Shown: positions 9,669 through 19,728, counted from the stretch's first letter. The stretch: 64,000 nucleotides of DNA from Gammaproteobacteria bacterium (GCA_963662545.2 CAXXLL010000002.1:1504001-1568000); one strand, 5' to 3'. Notes: generated by a model from the sequence alone, not told the origin. Translations and numbers: made by a program.

Positions 9669-10789
9669 TCGCGAGCCGCTCCGAGCTAAGCCGCGATCCG
9701 CTGAGCCCGCCCGCGCCCAGGGGTGAGATCTCGAAGCGCCGCGTGGTCGTCAACGACGCCGAGATCGCGTCCATGCGGGCATTGACCCACGATACTTTCG
9801 AGATCGTCGTCCGTTGCGCGCCTGGCGGCCCAACGATATTCGCCCGAGCGGGACAGTTTCTCGCTCTGAAATTCCCGGGCATCGACAAGCCGCGCCCTTA
9901 TTCGCTGGCACGTGCGCCGGAGGCGGAACGCCCGGGCGAACACACATTCTTCATCCGTCTCGTCCCCGGCGGCGAAGTCTCGGGCTGGCTCGCGGCCGGC
10001 GACCGCACCGGTGAGCGGCTCGAGATCAGCGGGCCGCTCGGCGCCTTCGGCCTCGATGATTCCTCCGTGCCCATGATTTGTATCGCCGGAGGCAGCGGCA
10101 TGAGTGCGATCAAGGGCCTGATTGAACATGCCTGCAACCGGCAGGTGGAGCGCGATTGCACTTTCATCTACGGAGCGCGTGAACAGCGCGATCTCTATTG
10201 CCGCGAGGACATCGAGGCGATCCAATCAAGCTGGCACGCCGCGTATCGATTCGAATTCGTGCAGGTGCTTTCTGAAGAACCGATGGGCACCGACTGGAAC
10301 GGCGCGCGCGGACTGGTGACGGAACATGTCAAACAGGCGTACCTCGATAGCGCTCGGATCGATCCCTCCCACTGCAAGGCGTATTTCTGTGGACCGCCGC
10401 CCATGATCGAAGCGGGGGCGGCGGTACTTACTGAAGCGGGCGTTTCCGAGGATGACATATTCCGCGACATCTTCGAGGATGCAAGTTCGCCTGCGCCAGT
10501 GATCGACAACGTGAAATGTGTGCTGTGCGACGAATGCCTGCTGGTCAAACCGGTCACTGGCTGCATCGTCGAGGCCTCGAGACTCGAAGTGGATTCGGAC
10601 GGTCAAGTCTCGGGATTTGATCCCATCGATCCGGCGCGGTCATCAGGCCTTTACTACAACGCGCTGGTCATCGACGAGCAGGCATGCATTCGTTGTTACG
10701 CCTGCGTCAGCGCTTGCCCGCACGATGCGATCGCGCCAGGTAACGCGCGTATTGCTCAGACGTTGCGGCAGCGATCCCGTTCGTTGTAA
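9665..10789 (+). CDS. FNR-type FAD/NAD(P)-binding reductase fused to a C-terminal ferredoxin domain (start uncertain)
   Basis: RPYSLA, GGEVS, AGGSGMS, YFCGPPPM; C-terminal CVLCDEC and CIRCYACVSACP. Confidence 0.85.
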   Translation: MIASRSELSRDPLSPPAPRGEISKRRVVVNDAEIASMRALTHDTFEIVVRCAPGGPTIFARAGQFLALKFPGIDKPRPYSLARAPEAERPGEHTFFIRLVPGGEVSGWLAAGDRTGERLEISGPLGAFGLDDSSVPMICIAGGSGMSAIKGLIEHACNRQVERDCTFIYGAREQRDLYCREDIEAIQSSWHAAYRFEFVQVLSEEPMGTDWNGARGLVTEHVKQAYLDSARIDPSHCKAYFCGPPPMIEAGAAVLTEAGVSEDDIFRDIFEDASSPAPVIDNVKCVLCDECLLVKPVTGCIVEASRLEVDSDGQVSGFDPIDPARSSGLYYNALVIDEQACIRCYACVSACPHDAIAPGNARIAQTLRQRSRSL

Positions 10790-10815
10790 CGCAGGAATGC
10801 TGAGTACTGTGCGGC

Positions 10816-11553
10816 TTAGGCCGCGCGTTCGACAGACCACATCCGGCGCGCGAAGGCGGGGTAGGGATCGGCGATCGCTCGGGCGACGTCGCCACGGATT
10901 AGCCCGAGTGTCGCGGCATCTGGAGCAGGTGTTTCGGGTACGTCGGGCGGGCAATCGAAATCGAAGCCGGTCTCGTCGCGAACTTCATCTACAGTGTGGC
11001 CGGGGTGGACGCTTGCGAGGCGGAAACGCCGGCGGTCGCGATCGAACAGGAACAGGCACCGACCAGTGACGAGCGCATGCGGTCCGCCGGGCCGGTAGAC
11101 GTTGGGCGGGCTGGTCCCTGGCGCACTGATGAAATCGACCTTGGGAACGAACACGCGCCGCGAATGTTCTTCGCGAAAGAGGATTACGCGCGGGACCATG
11201 AAATAGAGATAGGCCGATCCAAACGCACCCGACCAACGTACGTCTTGCTCCGGATAGCTGCCGATCCCGGTGAGGTTGATATTGGCCTCGCCGTCGATCT
11301 GTCCGCCGCTCAGGAAGAACACGTCGATGCGGCCTTGCCCCGCGCAGTCGAACAGATCGACGCCGCCGTCGGTGCGGTAGGGCTCCTGTTGGCTGCCGAT
11401 GATCGACAGGCGTGTCGTTCCGCCCGAGCGGTGCCGGGCAAGGAGCGCCGCCGATCCGGGGATCGGTGACAACACGCCGACCGCGATGTGGCCCGCGCCG
11501 TCGAGGAGTTTGGCGATCGTTGCGATCAGCAGTTCTTCGCTGCGGAAATCCAT
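10816..11553 (-). CDS. CoA-transferase subunit B (glutaconate CoA-transferase-like)
   Basis: FFLSGGQIDGEANINL, LASVHPGHTVDEVRDETGF. Confidence 0.8.
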   Translation of the reverse strand: MDFRSEELLIATIAKLLDGAGHIAVGVLSPIPGSAALLARHRSGGTTRLSIIGSQQEPYRTDGGVDLFDCAGQGRIDVFFLSGGQIDGEANINLTGIGSYPEQDVRWSGAFGSAYLYFMVPRVILFREEHSRRVFVPKVDFISAPGTSPPNVYRPGGPHALVTGRCLFLFDRDRRRFRLASVHPGHTVDEVRDETGFDFDCPPDVPETPAPDAATLGLIRGDVARAIADPYPAFARRMWSVERAA

Positions 11554-11586
11554 CGCTCGATTCGTGCGCGCCAGTGCGGCGAGTGC

Positions 11587-12414
11587 CTAGGCGGCGACGC
11601 CGGCCTCGTTCAAGACGTGTTCGTCGAGATACGCGCGGAAATCCTCCGCCGTTGCCGCGGCACGCGCATAATCGGCGAGCGCTTCGGCGTCGACGTCGTA
11701 ATGCCCGGGCAGGTTCAAGGGCCACGAACCCTTTGGCGCTTCCGCGATCCCCGTTACATAGAGCGACGAGATGCTCGCCGCCGCGAGTTCTTCGCGTTCG
11801 AGGATGTTGAAGTCCACGATCGCCTCGGCGGTGACAAAGGTCTGGCGCGCGGCATGAGCCATGATCTTGAGTTCGGCCTGGCGAGCGATGTAGAGGTTGC
11901 CGGCGCGATCGGCTGCGGGAACGTGGAATAAGGCCACGTCCGGTTGGATTGCCGGCAGCGCGACGATGGGGTCGTCGTCGGCGAACGGATTGTCGATGAC
12001 CTTGATATCGGGGCGGTTGGCGAGGATGTCCGATCCGATCAGGCCCCGCAGCGGCATGAAGGGAATGCCTTTCTCGGCGGCCTGCAGGCCGGCGTAGATC
12101 GCCGGGCAGGTCGCGTCCAGGATCCGGACTGTGCCGTTTTTCACCGCGTCGACAAAACGCGGCGCGGGACCGAACTCGCCGAGCGACACGCCCGCCGTTT
12201 CGATGGTATCGACGCAGCCCGCGCCGATCAGCAGATCCGGCAAGATGCCGCCGGTTGGTACCGTGATCACGTGTAGGCCGCGCGCACCGCGTCGGATCAA
12301 GGCATGGCCGAGCGCCATCGGTACACCGCAATCCTTGAACAGGGCGAGCCTGGCGCCGTCCGGAATGCGGGCGGCGAGGGCGTCGACACTGTCGGCGATG
12401 ATCGGATCGTCCAT
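11587..12414 (-). CDS. CoA-transferase subunit A
   Basis: DLLIGAGCV, GLQAAEKGIPFMPLRGLIGSD, PDVALFH...ADRAGN. Confidence 0.85.
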   Translation of the reverse strand: MDDPIIADSVDALAARIPDGARLALFKDCGVPMALGHALIRRGARGLHVITVPTGGILPDLLIGAGCVDTIETAGVSLGEFGPAPRFVDAVKNGTVRILDATCPAIYAGLQAAEKGIPFMPLRGLIGSDILANRPDIKVIDNPFADDDPIVALPAIQPDVALFHVPAADRAGNLYIARQAELKIMAHAARQTFVTAEAIVDFNILEREELAAASISSLYVTGIAEAPKGSWPLNLPGHYDVDAEALADYARAAATAEDFRAYLDEHVLNEAGVAA

Positions 12415-12718
12415 CTTGTGCTGGGTCTCCGTGTTATCTGCCTCGCGCGTTACGCGGGAAACATAAGGTTTCACGTTCGCTTGTCCGTTTCGACGATAGC
12501 AGATCGGTTTATGGTCGACCACCGTCCGAACGACCGGCTGGGATAAGACAGCGAAATTGCGTGTCACAACGCCAGTATCAGGGTTTGTCCTTTTTTACCT
12601 GTTTATTCGTTGGGGCTTGACGCCGCGCGTGCAGACGGGACGTCACTGGTGCCGTCGGCGCTAGAATTGGCTGTACCAATGTATTTCGATATGCGAAAAC
12701 ACCTAAAGGACGTAAACC

Positions 12719-13162
12719 ATGCCGCTTAGGATGACTAAGGACTCCCGCGAGCAGTTCCTCGCCGAACCGCGGATCGGCATCGTCGGAATCGACGAGCCCG
12801 GCCGCGCGCCCCGCGTGGTGCCGCTATGGTACGACTTCGACCCGGCCGTCGGCGTCTGGATCGTCTCTCGGACGCGTTCGCGCAAGACTGCGCTGCTGCG
12901 CGAAGCGGGGCGCTATTCCCTCTGCGTGCAGGACACGGCGCCCCTGGCCTACCGTCATGTCAGCGTGCAGGGGCCGATCATCGAGGAGCGGCCGTGCGAA
13001 CTCGAGCGGGATTTCCGGCCGCTGACCCGCCGTTACCTGGATCCCGAAACGGCCGACGCTTTCGTCGCGGAAACTTGGGAAGAGGCCCGCCTGATCTTTG
13101 TCATGCGGCCCGTGAACTGGGTCACGGCGGATTACGCGGAGCGGTTTACAAGCGACGCATAG
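12719..13162 (+). CDS. Pyridoxamine 5'-phosphate oxidase-like (split beta-barrel) protein
   Basis: EQFLAEPRIGIV...PRVVPLWY...SRKTALL...YRHVSVQG. Confidence 0.8.
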   Translation: MPLRMTKDSREQFLAEPRIGIVGIDEPGRAPRVVPLWYDFDPAVGVWIVSRTRSRKTALLREAGRYSLCVQDTAPLAYRHVSVQGPIIEERPCELERDFRPLTRRYLDPETADAFVAETWEEARLIFVMRPVNWVTADYAERFTSDA

Positions 13163-13222
13163 TCGTCGGGGTACGAACTGCGTGGCCTTGAAATATCGCG
13201 CGATAATTAAATCTGATACGTC

Positions 13223-15028
13223 CTAAGGTTCCTGCGTGTCCTCCTGCGACCATACGCTTCGCAGTATCTCGAAAACGGGAGGTAGAAGTTCTTTGTCTTC
13301 CTGACACTCGGTAAGGAAATTTTCGACAAAATCTCTGTCCCAATGAGGCACGACTCGGTTTAACTCGGGGATAACTGCAGCCGCATCGTCGGACTTCCCC
13401 TGACCACCCAGCGAGATCATCAGAAACACCCAGCTCCAACCGTTACGACCGCCAGCAGCAGCAAGCGACCCGCGCGCAGTTTTCTCAGCTTCTTCCCACC
13501 GTTGAAGAAAGACCAGCGCGAGCGAGTGATACATCCCGGCCATGTGCGCGCCGGGATCGTTAGGATTAAGACGTTTGAACCTTTCGAAATGTGCGAGCGC
13601 TACTGCGGGTTTCCCCGAGAACATCAGCCCTCGACCGTAATAGCAGTGCGCGAGTACATCGCTGGGATTCAGACGCAAACTGCGTTGCAGGTATTCCATC
13701 GACTCAGCCGGCCGACCGGCATATTGTAGTGCCACTGACTTAGCGACGAGGTTCCAGGGATCTCCGGCGTCAAGTGTCAACGCTTTTTCCGTTAGTCTTA
13801 GCGATTCGTCAATGTCCGCTTGATGATCCTCGCTTAAACCCAATGGAAACTTGAAAGCGGTCAGAAAACCCAGTACCGCCCAGGCGAATGCGTATTCTGG
13901 GTCGATCTCGAGAGCTCGGCGCACTAAGGATAAAGTTTCATCCAGAGTTGTCGTCGGGTTGAGAAAAAAAGTCGCCGTGGCCCGGGCCGCCAGCGCCCAA
14001 GCGTCCAGTTGCTCCGGCGGTTTTCTGCGGAAACGTTCTACTTCAGCCATTTTCAGATGAGATCCAAGCGCGGTGACGATCGCCTCGACTAAATCGTCGA
14101 AGACATCAAATAGTTCGGTCAACGCCCGATCAATTTTGTCTCCCCATAATTCGCGTCTGGTTTCAACGTCGATCAGCGCCATTGACACTCGAAACCGCGG
14201 CCCGATGTGTCGAACCGTCCCCTCGACGACATACCGAGCGCCGAGGATTTTGCCAATCTCTCTGATGTCCGGAACTTTGCCCTTGAACTGCATGACAGAA
14301 TTGTGCGAGATAACCGCGAACCTTTTGTCGCAGGACAGTCCCGTAATGATGTCGACGGTCATGGCATCGACCAGGTACTCCTGCTCCAAGTCAGTCGACA
14401 GGTTGGTAAATGGGAGAACCGCAATGGTGGGTATCCCTTGAGGACTGGCATCGTGATAAAACCCGTTGCGATGGTCTTCGTGGCGCGTTGACGGCTCGGC
14501 GATGAGCGTTTTAACCGGAACGCGGTAGGCATGTACGGGATGTGGAATGTTCTTGAACATCTGCTCGCCGAGATCTTCACAATCAAGGTCGAATTGGCCG
14601 GTTACCTGGTCGAGTATTTGCCGAGACAGGCAAATACCTCCGACTTCCGATAATCCTTCCAGTCGTGAAGCAACATTCACAGCGTCGCCGTAAATTCGGT
14701 CGCCCTCGATGCGTACGTCTCCGACGTGAGCCCCGAGTCGGAAATTCATCTGCTGTTCGTGTGGGATATCCGCGGACTTCGCGTGGTTAGCGTGCTGGAT
14801 CTCTACTGCGCAGTGCAGAGCGTGTACCGCGCTACCAAACTCTGCGAGAAAATTATCACCGGTGAAGTCCACCAGACGGCCATGATGGGTAACGACAGCG
14901 ATTCCAATCGCATCCTCATGCGCGGCGAGCATTTTAATGGTCGCCTCCTCATCGGTGGCCATGAGTCGGCTGTAGCCGACCACATCGCCGCTCAACATAG
15001 CTAACAGTTTTCGATCGCCTGAAGCCAT
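13223..15028 (-). CDS. Adenylate/guanylate cyclase domain protein with TolB-like and TPR regions
   Basis: DVVGYSRLM, FTGDNFLAEF, GDAVNVASRLEG, IAVLPFTNLS, C-terminal TPRs. Confidence 0.9.
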   Translation of the reverse strand: MASGDRKLLAMLSGDVVGYSRLMATDEEATIKMLAAHEDAIGIAVVTHHGRLVDFTGDNFLAEFGSAVHALHCAVEIQHANHAKSADIPHEQQMNFRLGAHVGDVRIEGDRIYGDAVNVASRLEGLSEVGGICLSRQILDQVTGQFDLDCEDLGEQMFKNIPHPVHAYRVPVKTLIAEPSTRHEDHRNGFYHDASPQGIPTIAVLPFTNLSTDLEQEYLVDAMTVDIITGLSCDKRFAVISHNSVMQFKGKVPDIREIGKILGARYVVEGTVRHIGPRFRVSMALIDVETRRELWGDKIDRALTELFDVFDDLVEAIVTALGSHLKMAEVERFRRKPPEQLDAWALAARATATFFLNPTTTLDETLSLVRRALEIDPEYAFAWAVLGFLTAFKFPLGLSEDHQADIDESLRLTEKALTLDAGDPWNLVAKSVALQYAGRPAESMEYLQRSLRLNPSDVLAHCYYGRGLMFSGKPAVALAHFERFKRLNPNDPGAHMAGMYHSLALVFLQRWEEAEKTARGSLAAAGGRNGWSWVFLMISLGGQGKSDDAAAVIPELNRVVPHWDRDFVENFLTECQEDKELLPPVFEILRSVWSQEDTQEP

Positions 15029-15121
15029 GGTTCGCCGGCCGCATTCGCTTTCCAGCTTCACGTAATCCCCATCATGATCCGGCCAGTTTAATCGATGCGC
15101 CTAACTCCTAGAAATGTCCGC

Positions 15122-15182
15122 TTCGGCCGATCGTGACATTCCCGCGGGAACGCTATTTAATTACGAATCATTAAGGTCTGAC
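15122..15182 (+). repeat. 61-bp direct repeat, copy A (copy B at 18170-18230)
   Basis: Ungapped match of about 52/61 by eye; contains palindrome TTCCCGCGGGAA and ends GTCTGAC. Confidence 0.85.
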
Positions 15183-15184
15183 CA

Positions 15185-15505
15185 CTGATTAGGGCTGGGT
15201 TATGCTCAATAGCGTGTAGCTGGAGTTGCGCGAGGTAGTAGCCGTAATAATCGAAGAAACAAACACTCCGATTGTTTTCCCGATGGATCATGTGCCAGAG
15301 GAGTCCGGCGATCTGCGATCGCGCCTGTCGCGGCATATTCATTCTCCTTGTGAACCGTCTCACTAGATCATCAGGCCTGCATGCTCTGATTAGGGCTGGG
15401 TTATGCTCAATAGCGTGTAGCTGGAGTTGCGCGTAGCCGTAATCACGTTCATCGAAGAAACAAACACTCCGATTGTTTTCCCGTGGGGCCAGAGGAGTCG
15501 GCGAT
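15185..15505 (+). repeat. Imperfect direct duplication of about 125 bp (15185-15312 and 15386-15505)
   Basis: CTGATTAGGGCTGGGTTATGCTCAATAGCGTGTAGCTGGAGTTGCGCG and ATCGAAGAAACAAACACTCCGATTGTTTTCCCG each occur twice. Confidence 0.9.
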
Positions 15506-15555
15506 GACTCGAACATGTGGTCCGCGCGCGATTTCCCCTTGGCGTTAACAATTAT

Positions 15556-16940
15556 GGGTCTACGCGGAAACGTGTGGGTTGATATTGGCATTTCTGGGTA
15601 GTGGCGGAAGAAATGCCGCAATGATTTTCAGTTTGAGGAATTCCTCATCACGATAGCCATAGGCGCGTCGTTGCAGGACCCGGATTTTGTTGTTGACCCC
15701 TTCGACCAATCCAAGACTGACTTTATTCTTAGCATCACAATAGGAAGCAATGCCATCCCAATGGGATTCAATCAGCTCAGCAAACTTGCGATACGGCGCC
15801 AATCGCTGCCATTTCAGACTGTCCTTCCAGCGCTCGAAAAAGGCACGCGCGCCGCGCTCGGTACGGTAGTCCCAGAGTTGGCCGAAGGTTTCCTTGAGGA
15901 CGTAGGCGGTGTTCAGACGCCGGTTGGCCTGGAGCAGTTTTTTCAGGGCTCGTCTGCCATCCAGATTCAGGTTCTCGCGTCGCGAGAGCAAGGTATATCG
16001 CTGGCCTTTGATGTAACTCCTGTCCTTGCCGCGGAGACGTTTGTATTCACGGCGCCGGACTTCATCGAGAGCCTTTGAGAGGTGGCGCATGATATGGAAC
16101 TTGTCATAGATGATCCGCGCCTGCGGTGCGTTGTTCATGACCGAGTTACGGAACGGCTTCCACATGTCCATCGCCGCCAGTTCGATGCGAGCGCTCTTGT
16201 TCTCGCCCAATGCCTGGAAAAACAGGTCGATGTCAGCCTCTTTGCGACCTTCACCACCGACCCAGATAGGACGCCCCCGATCCAGGTCACTGACGATGAC
16301 CCGGTAGTTATGTCCTTTGCGGATGGAGATCTCATCAATACCGATGGCCCGGGGTGCTGGCATGCCCGCCAGCTCAACCTGCTTTTGCATGTACAGCTTA
16401 TCGAGGTCTTTCACCGTGCTGTGGTGCAGGCGTTCCCTCTCGGCGACAGCCTGGTTCGGCATGTCCCGGCACAGCTTGCCCACCTGCATGGCAAAGCGCT
16501 GCGTATAGCGAGGGTTCTTTGCCAGCCAGTCAAGATGTTCTACCTGCACGCCGCCGCACCTCCGGCAACTGACACGCCAGCGTTCGAACTCCAGGTAGAT
16601 TCGCCATCCGGCAACTGACAGGTCTCGTACTCGCAGCACCTTCTTGTCGTAACGCCCGCGGCACCGGTGAGCACAGTGAGAACAGATCGCTGTTTTTTTC
16701 GCCTCTTGAGTTGGATCACACGGGCATACCGATCACCAAACATGCCCACCAATTTCGATGCGGCGGTAAAACCAGGGAACGCAAACAGCGCTCGGATCGA
16801 CTTGGGATTCTTCATGGCCTTAGCCTACCCACAAAATGAAACCACTTTCACCCCATACGAAATCTCTGAATGTCTACATGATTTCAATGGTTTACACTTG
16901 GTCTAATTCAGAATTTACCCACATGAATCCGCGTAGACCC
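15556..16940 (-). mobile_element. ISL3-family insertion sequence
   Basis: IRs GGGTCTACGCGGA; 8-bp target duplication ACAATTAT at 15548-15555 and 16941-16948. Confidence 0.93.
15560..16815 (-). CDS. ISL3 transposase, encoded across a -1 frameshift at an A7 run (16693-16699)
   Basis: IGIDE, AMDMW, DKFH, EGVNNKIR motifs; the -1 frame after RRKK gives zinc finger CSHC...RVRDL. Confidence 0.85.
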
Positions 16941-17072
16941 ACAATTATTAACAATTGTGGCCCTTTGTCACCGGGTCTGTAAGTTGATCCGCCGTTCCGC
17001 AGGTGTATAGGATTGTGGCGGGACTGAATGAAAGTTTATGGTATTACCGCGAAATTCGAGGGAGGATCGGAA

Positions 17073-18086
17073 ATGCGAGCCTGGATAAAGAATAACGGCT
17101 GGAACAGAAACCTGATCAGACTGGGCCTGGTGCTCGCGCTTATGCTGGCATTCACGACGTCGCAGGCGACTCCGCTCAATTTTTATTTCTTCGGCGACAG
17201 CCTCACGGATAGCGGTAGTTCCGTATTGAATCTCTTTTTCAATCCTACCGCGCCCCCGTCGCCGCCTTACAGTGGCAGCAGCTTTTCCAACGGGCCGGTA
17301 TGGGCTGAAACCGTTGGGGCTGCCTACGGTGTGCCGATTACGTGGGGCGTCAATAATTTCGCCGTCGGCGGCGCTGTGAGTGCCGACCTCAACGCTCCGG
17401 TTACTGCCGGCCAGCAGCTCGCGACGACGGTCGCCACCGGGGGGGTGCTCGGACAAACCGCACATTTCTTATCGACCACCGGGGGCGTCGCCGACCCCAA
17501 TGCGCTCTACAACATCTGGATGGGCGGCAATGACTTTCTCAATTTTCTGAACGCGCCACCGTCGGACCCTGTGGCGTTGATTAACGGTATCCTCAGTAAC
17601 ATCGGTACCGGCATCGGCACCTTGGTTGCAGCCGGTGCTCAAAAAATTCTGTTGATGAATCTACCGGATCTCAGCGTATCGCCCGCCGTACCGGACCCGG
17701 CCAAGGCCTTAGTGAGCGCCTTGGTTCAAAATTACAACCTGGCGCTAAGCGCTTTCGCATTGGGTTTGGAAGGTCAACTGGGGATCGATATCTGGACATT
17801 CGATGTTTTCGGTTTATTGGCTGCCAACAGCGGCAGTTGGTTGGATTCGGACGGTTTCCTAGGTATCGGTCCGGGTGAATCTGCCCTGACGTGCCTGAGT
17901 GTTCTTGCATGCGCGTTAGGGGGCGATAGTTCGCCATACCTCCTGTTCGACGATATTCATCCAACCGAAGAGGTCCATGCTTTGATCGGCAACGCGGTCG
18001 TGGCCCATATACCAGAGCCTTCGACCCTATTGCTGGCGGGTTTAGCCGTGGCCGGATTGGGCTTCCAGCGCCGGAAAGCCGCGTAG
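17073..18086 (+). CDS. SGNH/GDSL hydrolase with PEP-CTERM sorting signal
   Basis: FGDSLTD, FSNGPVW, GGND, FDDIHPT; C-terminus IPEPSTLLLAGLAVAGLGFQRRK. Confidence 0.92.
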   Translation: MRAWIKNNGWNRNLIRLGLVLALMLAFTTSQATPLNFYFFGDSLTDSGSSVLNLFFNPTAPPSPPYSGSSFSNGPVWAETVGAAYGVPITWGVNNFAVGGAVSADLNAPVTAGQQLATTVATGGVLGQTAHFLSTTGGVADPNALYNIWMGGNDFLNFLNAPPSDPVALINGILSNIGTGIGTLVAAGAQKILLMNLPDLSVSPAVPDPAKALVSALVQNYNLALSAFALGLEGQLGIDIWTFDVFGLLAANSGSWLDSDGFLGIGPGESALTCLSVLACALGGDSSPYLLFDDIHPTEEVHALIGNAVVAHIPEPSTLLLAGLAVAGLGFQRRKAA

Positions 18087-18169
18087 AAATTTCGAGCGCG
18101 TCAGAGTGATCAGAAAGCCCAGTTCGTTTCGCGCTATCTTTTGCTCCGCGACCATCCGTTTCGGCTGAA

Positions 18170-18230
18170 TTCGGCCGATCATTACGTTCCCGCGGGAACG
18201 TTATTTAATCGAGAATCATCAACGTCTGAC
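18170..18230 (+). repeat. 61-bp direct repeat, copy B
   Basis: Matches 15122-15182; contains the perfect 16-bp palindrome CGTTCCCGCGGGAACG. Confidence 0.85.
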
Positions 18231-18332
18231 TAATCGCCGGTGCCGATCAGTTAAAGCCGCTCAGACTAAGCCGGATTCGGCCCGGCCGGCTATATTAATT
18301 CAGAGCCACTCATTCAGTTGCGGCTCGGCTGC

Positions 18333-19166
18333 TCACCAATGTGTATGCCCAACCTGCAAGTCATTCTTCCCGCAGAGATCGACGCCGCGCACGAGCCAGA
18401 TCGGCCGGTTCTTGAACTCGACCGGCGTCGTTACCGATCCACTTCCCATGTTCAGAGCCCGATCGTAATGCGAGGTGGTGGGCATGTAGCGAATGGCGAA
18501 ACCCGCGCGCCGTTTGCCGGAGGTGTTGGGCTTGGAGCCGTGCACGATGCCGACGTCGTGCAGGGAGATTCGCCCGGCTTCGATCGCCAGGTCATAGGCC
18601 GTGGATAGATCGAGGCGTGGATCGTTAAGGACGTTGTTGAGGACCAGGTCTTCGCGGTCGCTTTGCTCGTGGCTGAATTCACCCATGCGGTGCGATCCGG
18701 GAATGACCCGCATGCAGCCGTTCTCCGGTGTCGCGTCGTCGAGCGCGATCCAGGCCGTGACGGTGGCATGCGGGCGTATCGGCCAGTACTGGCCGTCCTG
18801 GTGCCAAGGTACTTCGAGGCCTTTCTCGGCCGGTTTGCAGAAGACCGACGAGGCCCACATGATGATGTCGGGGCCGATGAGCGGCTCGACCAGGTCGAGC
18901 AGCGCCGGGTCGGTCACGTATTCGAAGAACTCGCGCGCGATGTCGACCCCGTCCGGGCCCTCCCAGGGCACGTGCGGCAGCGCAATGAAATCGGGGCGAA
19001 CGTCGCTGCGCGCTTCGACCAGACGGTCCAGCGAACTCCGCATGCGTTCGAGGCGATCCGCCGGCAGCCGCCAGGCCGGCGTTACCTGGCCGTCGCGGTG
19101 ATATTTTTCGATTTCGTCCCTCGTGAGGGCAGTGTGCGGCGATACCTCGGTGGCCCCGGCGCTCAC
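18333..19166 (-). CDS. Phytanoyl-CoA dioxygenase (PhyH) family Fe(II)/2-oxoglutarate dioxygenase
   Basis: PWHQD, WIALDDATPENGCMRVIPGSH, HGSKPNTSGKRR. Confidence 0.92.
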   Translation of the reverse strand: MSAGATEVSPHTALTRDEIEKYHRDGQVTPAWRLPADRLERMRSSLDRLVEARSDVRPDFIALPHVPWEGPDGVDIAREFFEYVTDPALLDLVEPLIGPDIIMWASSVFCKPAEKGLEVPWHQDGQYWPIRPHATVTAWIALDDATPENGCMRVIPGSHRMGEFSHEQSDREDLVLNNVLNDPRLDLSTAYDLAIEAGRISLHDVGIVHGSKPNTSGKRRAGFAIRYMPTTSHYDRALNMGSGSVTTPVEFKNRPIWLVRGVDLCGKNDLQVGHTHW

Positions 19167-19179
19167 GGCCCCGCCTCCA

Positions 19180-19728
19180 TCAGGATGCGGTGACTTCCAA
19201 CAGGTTGCCGTCGTCGTCCAGTACCAGGCCGGCCTCGCGCGCCATCGCCATGGTCGACTCGGGCCAGCCGACGCGGCCCGGATCGTGGCCGCCGACGACG
19301 GCGAGCATCATCGCGGTTTCGTCGCCGGCGTTGCGGAAGCCACGCATGACGTGGATGGGAACCGAGACTACGTCGTAGGGTTCGAGGATCACTTCCTTGT
19401 CGCCCTCGGGTCCCCAGAAAATTGACCAGCGGCCGCTCAAGGGCATGAAGACTTCCTGCGTCAGGTGCGAATGGAGTGCCGCGCCCTTGCCGGGTTCGGC
19501 CCTGACCATGGCGAGGTGAAATTCCTCGGCGGAGATGGGCGGATTCATCTCCGGATCTTCCGTTACCCCGCCGCCGATGATGCTGAAAATGTCGCGTTCG
19601 TGCCCAGGGAGATAGGTATCGATGAAGGCTTTCGAAGAGCTTTTCTGGTCCTTGAACCGCGCTACGTGTTGCTCCATGTCCTCGACTGAATAATCGATAT
19701 CCGAAATCTGCGCCGTATCCACCATCAC
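19180..19728 (-). CDS. Cupin domain protein
   Basis: PGKGAALHSH...EVF...DVVSVP...RGFRN. Confidence 0.85.
   Translation of the reverse strand: MMVDTAQISDIDYSVEDMEQHVARFKDQKSSSKAFIDTYLPGHERDIFSIIGGGVTEDPEMNPPISAEEFHLAMVRAEPGKGAALHSHLTQEVFMPLSGRWSIFWGPEGDKEVILEPYDVVSVPIHVMRGFRNAGDETAMMLAVVGGHDPGRVGWPESTMAMAREAGLVLDDDGNLLEVTAS

Noticed and set aside
15185-15505. Possible CRISPR array
   Set aside because: Only two long units with indels, no regular spacers and no cas genes
15157-15621. 154-aa ORF with an internal peptide repeat
   Set aside because: It starts inside the IS end and simply reads through the DNA duplication
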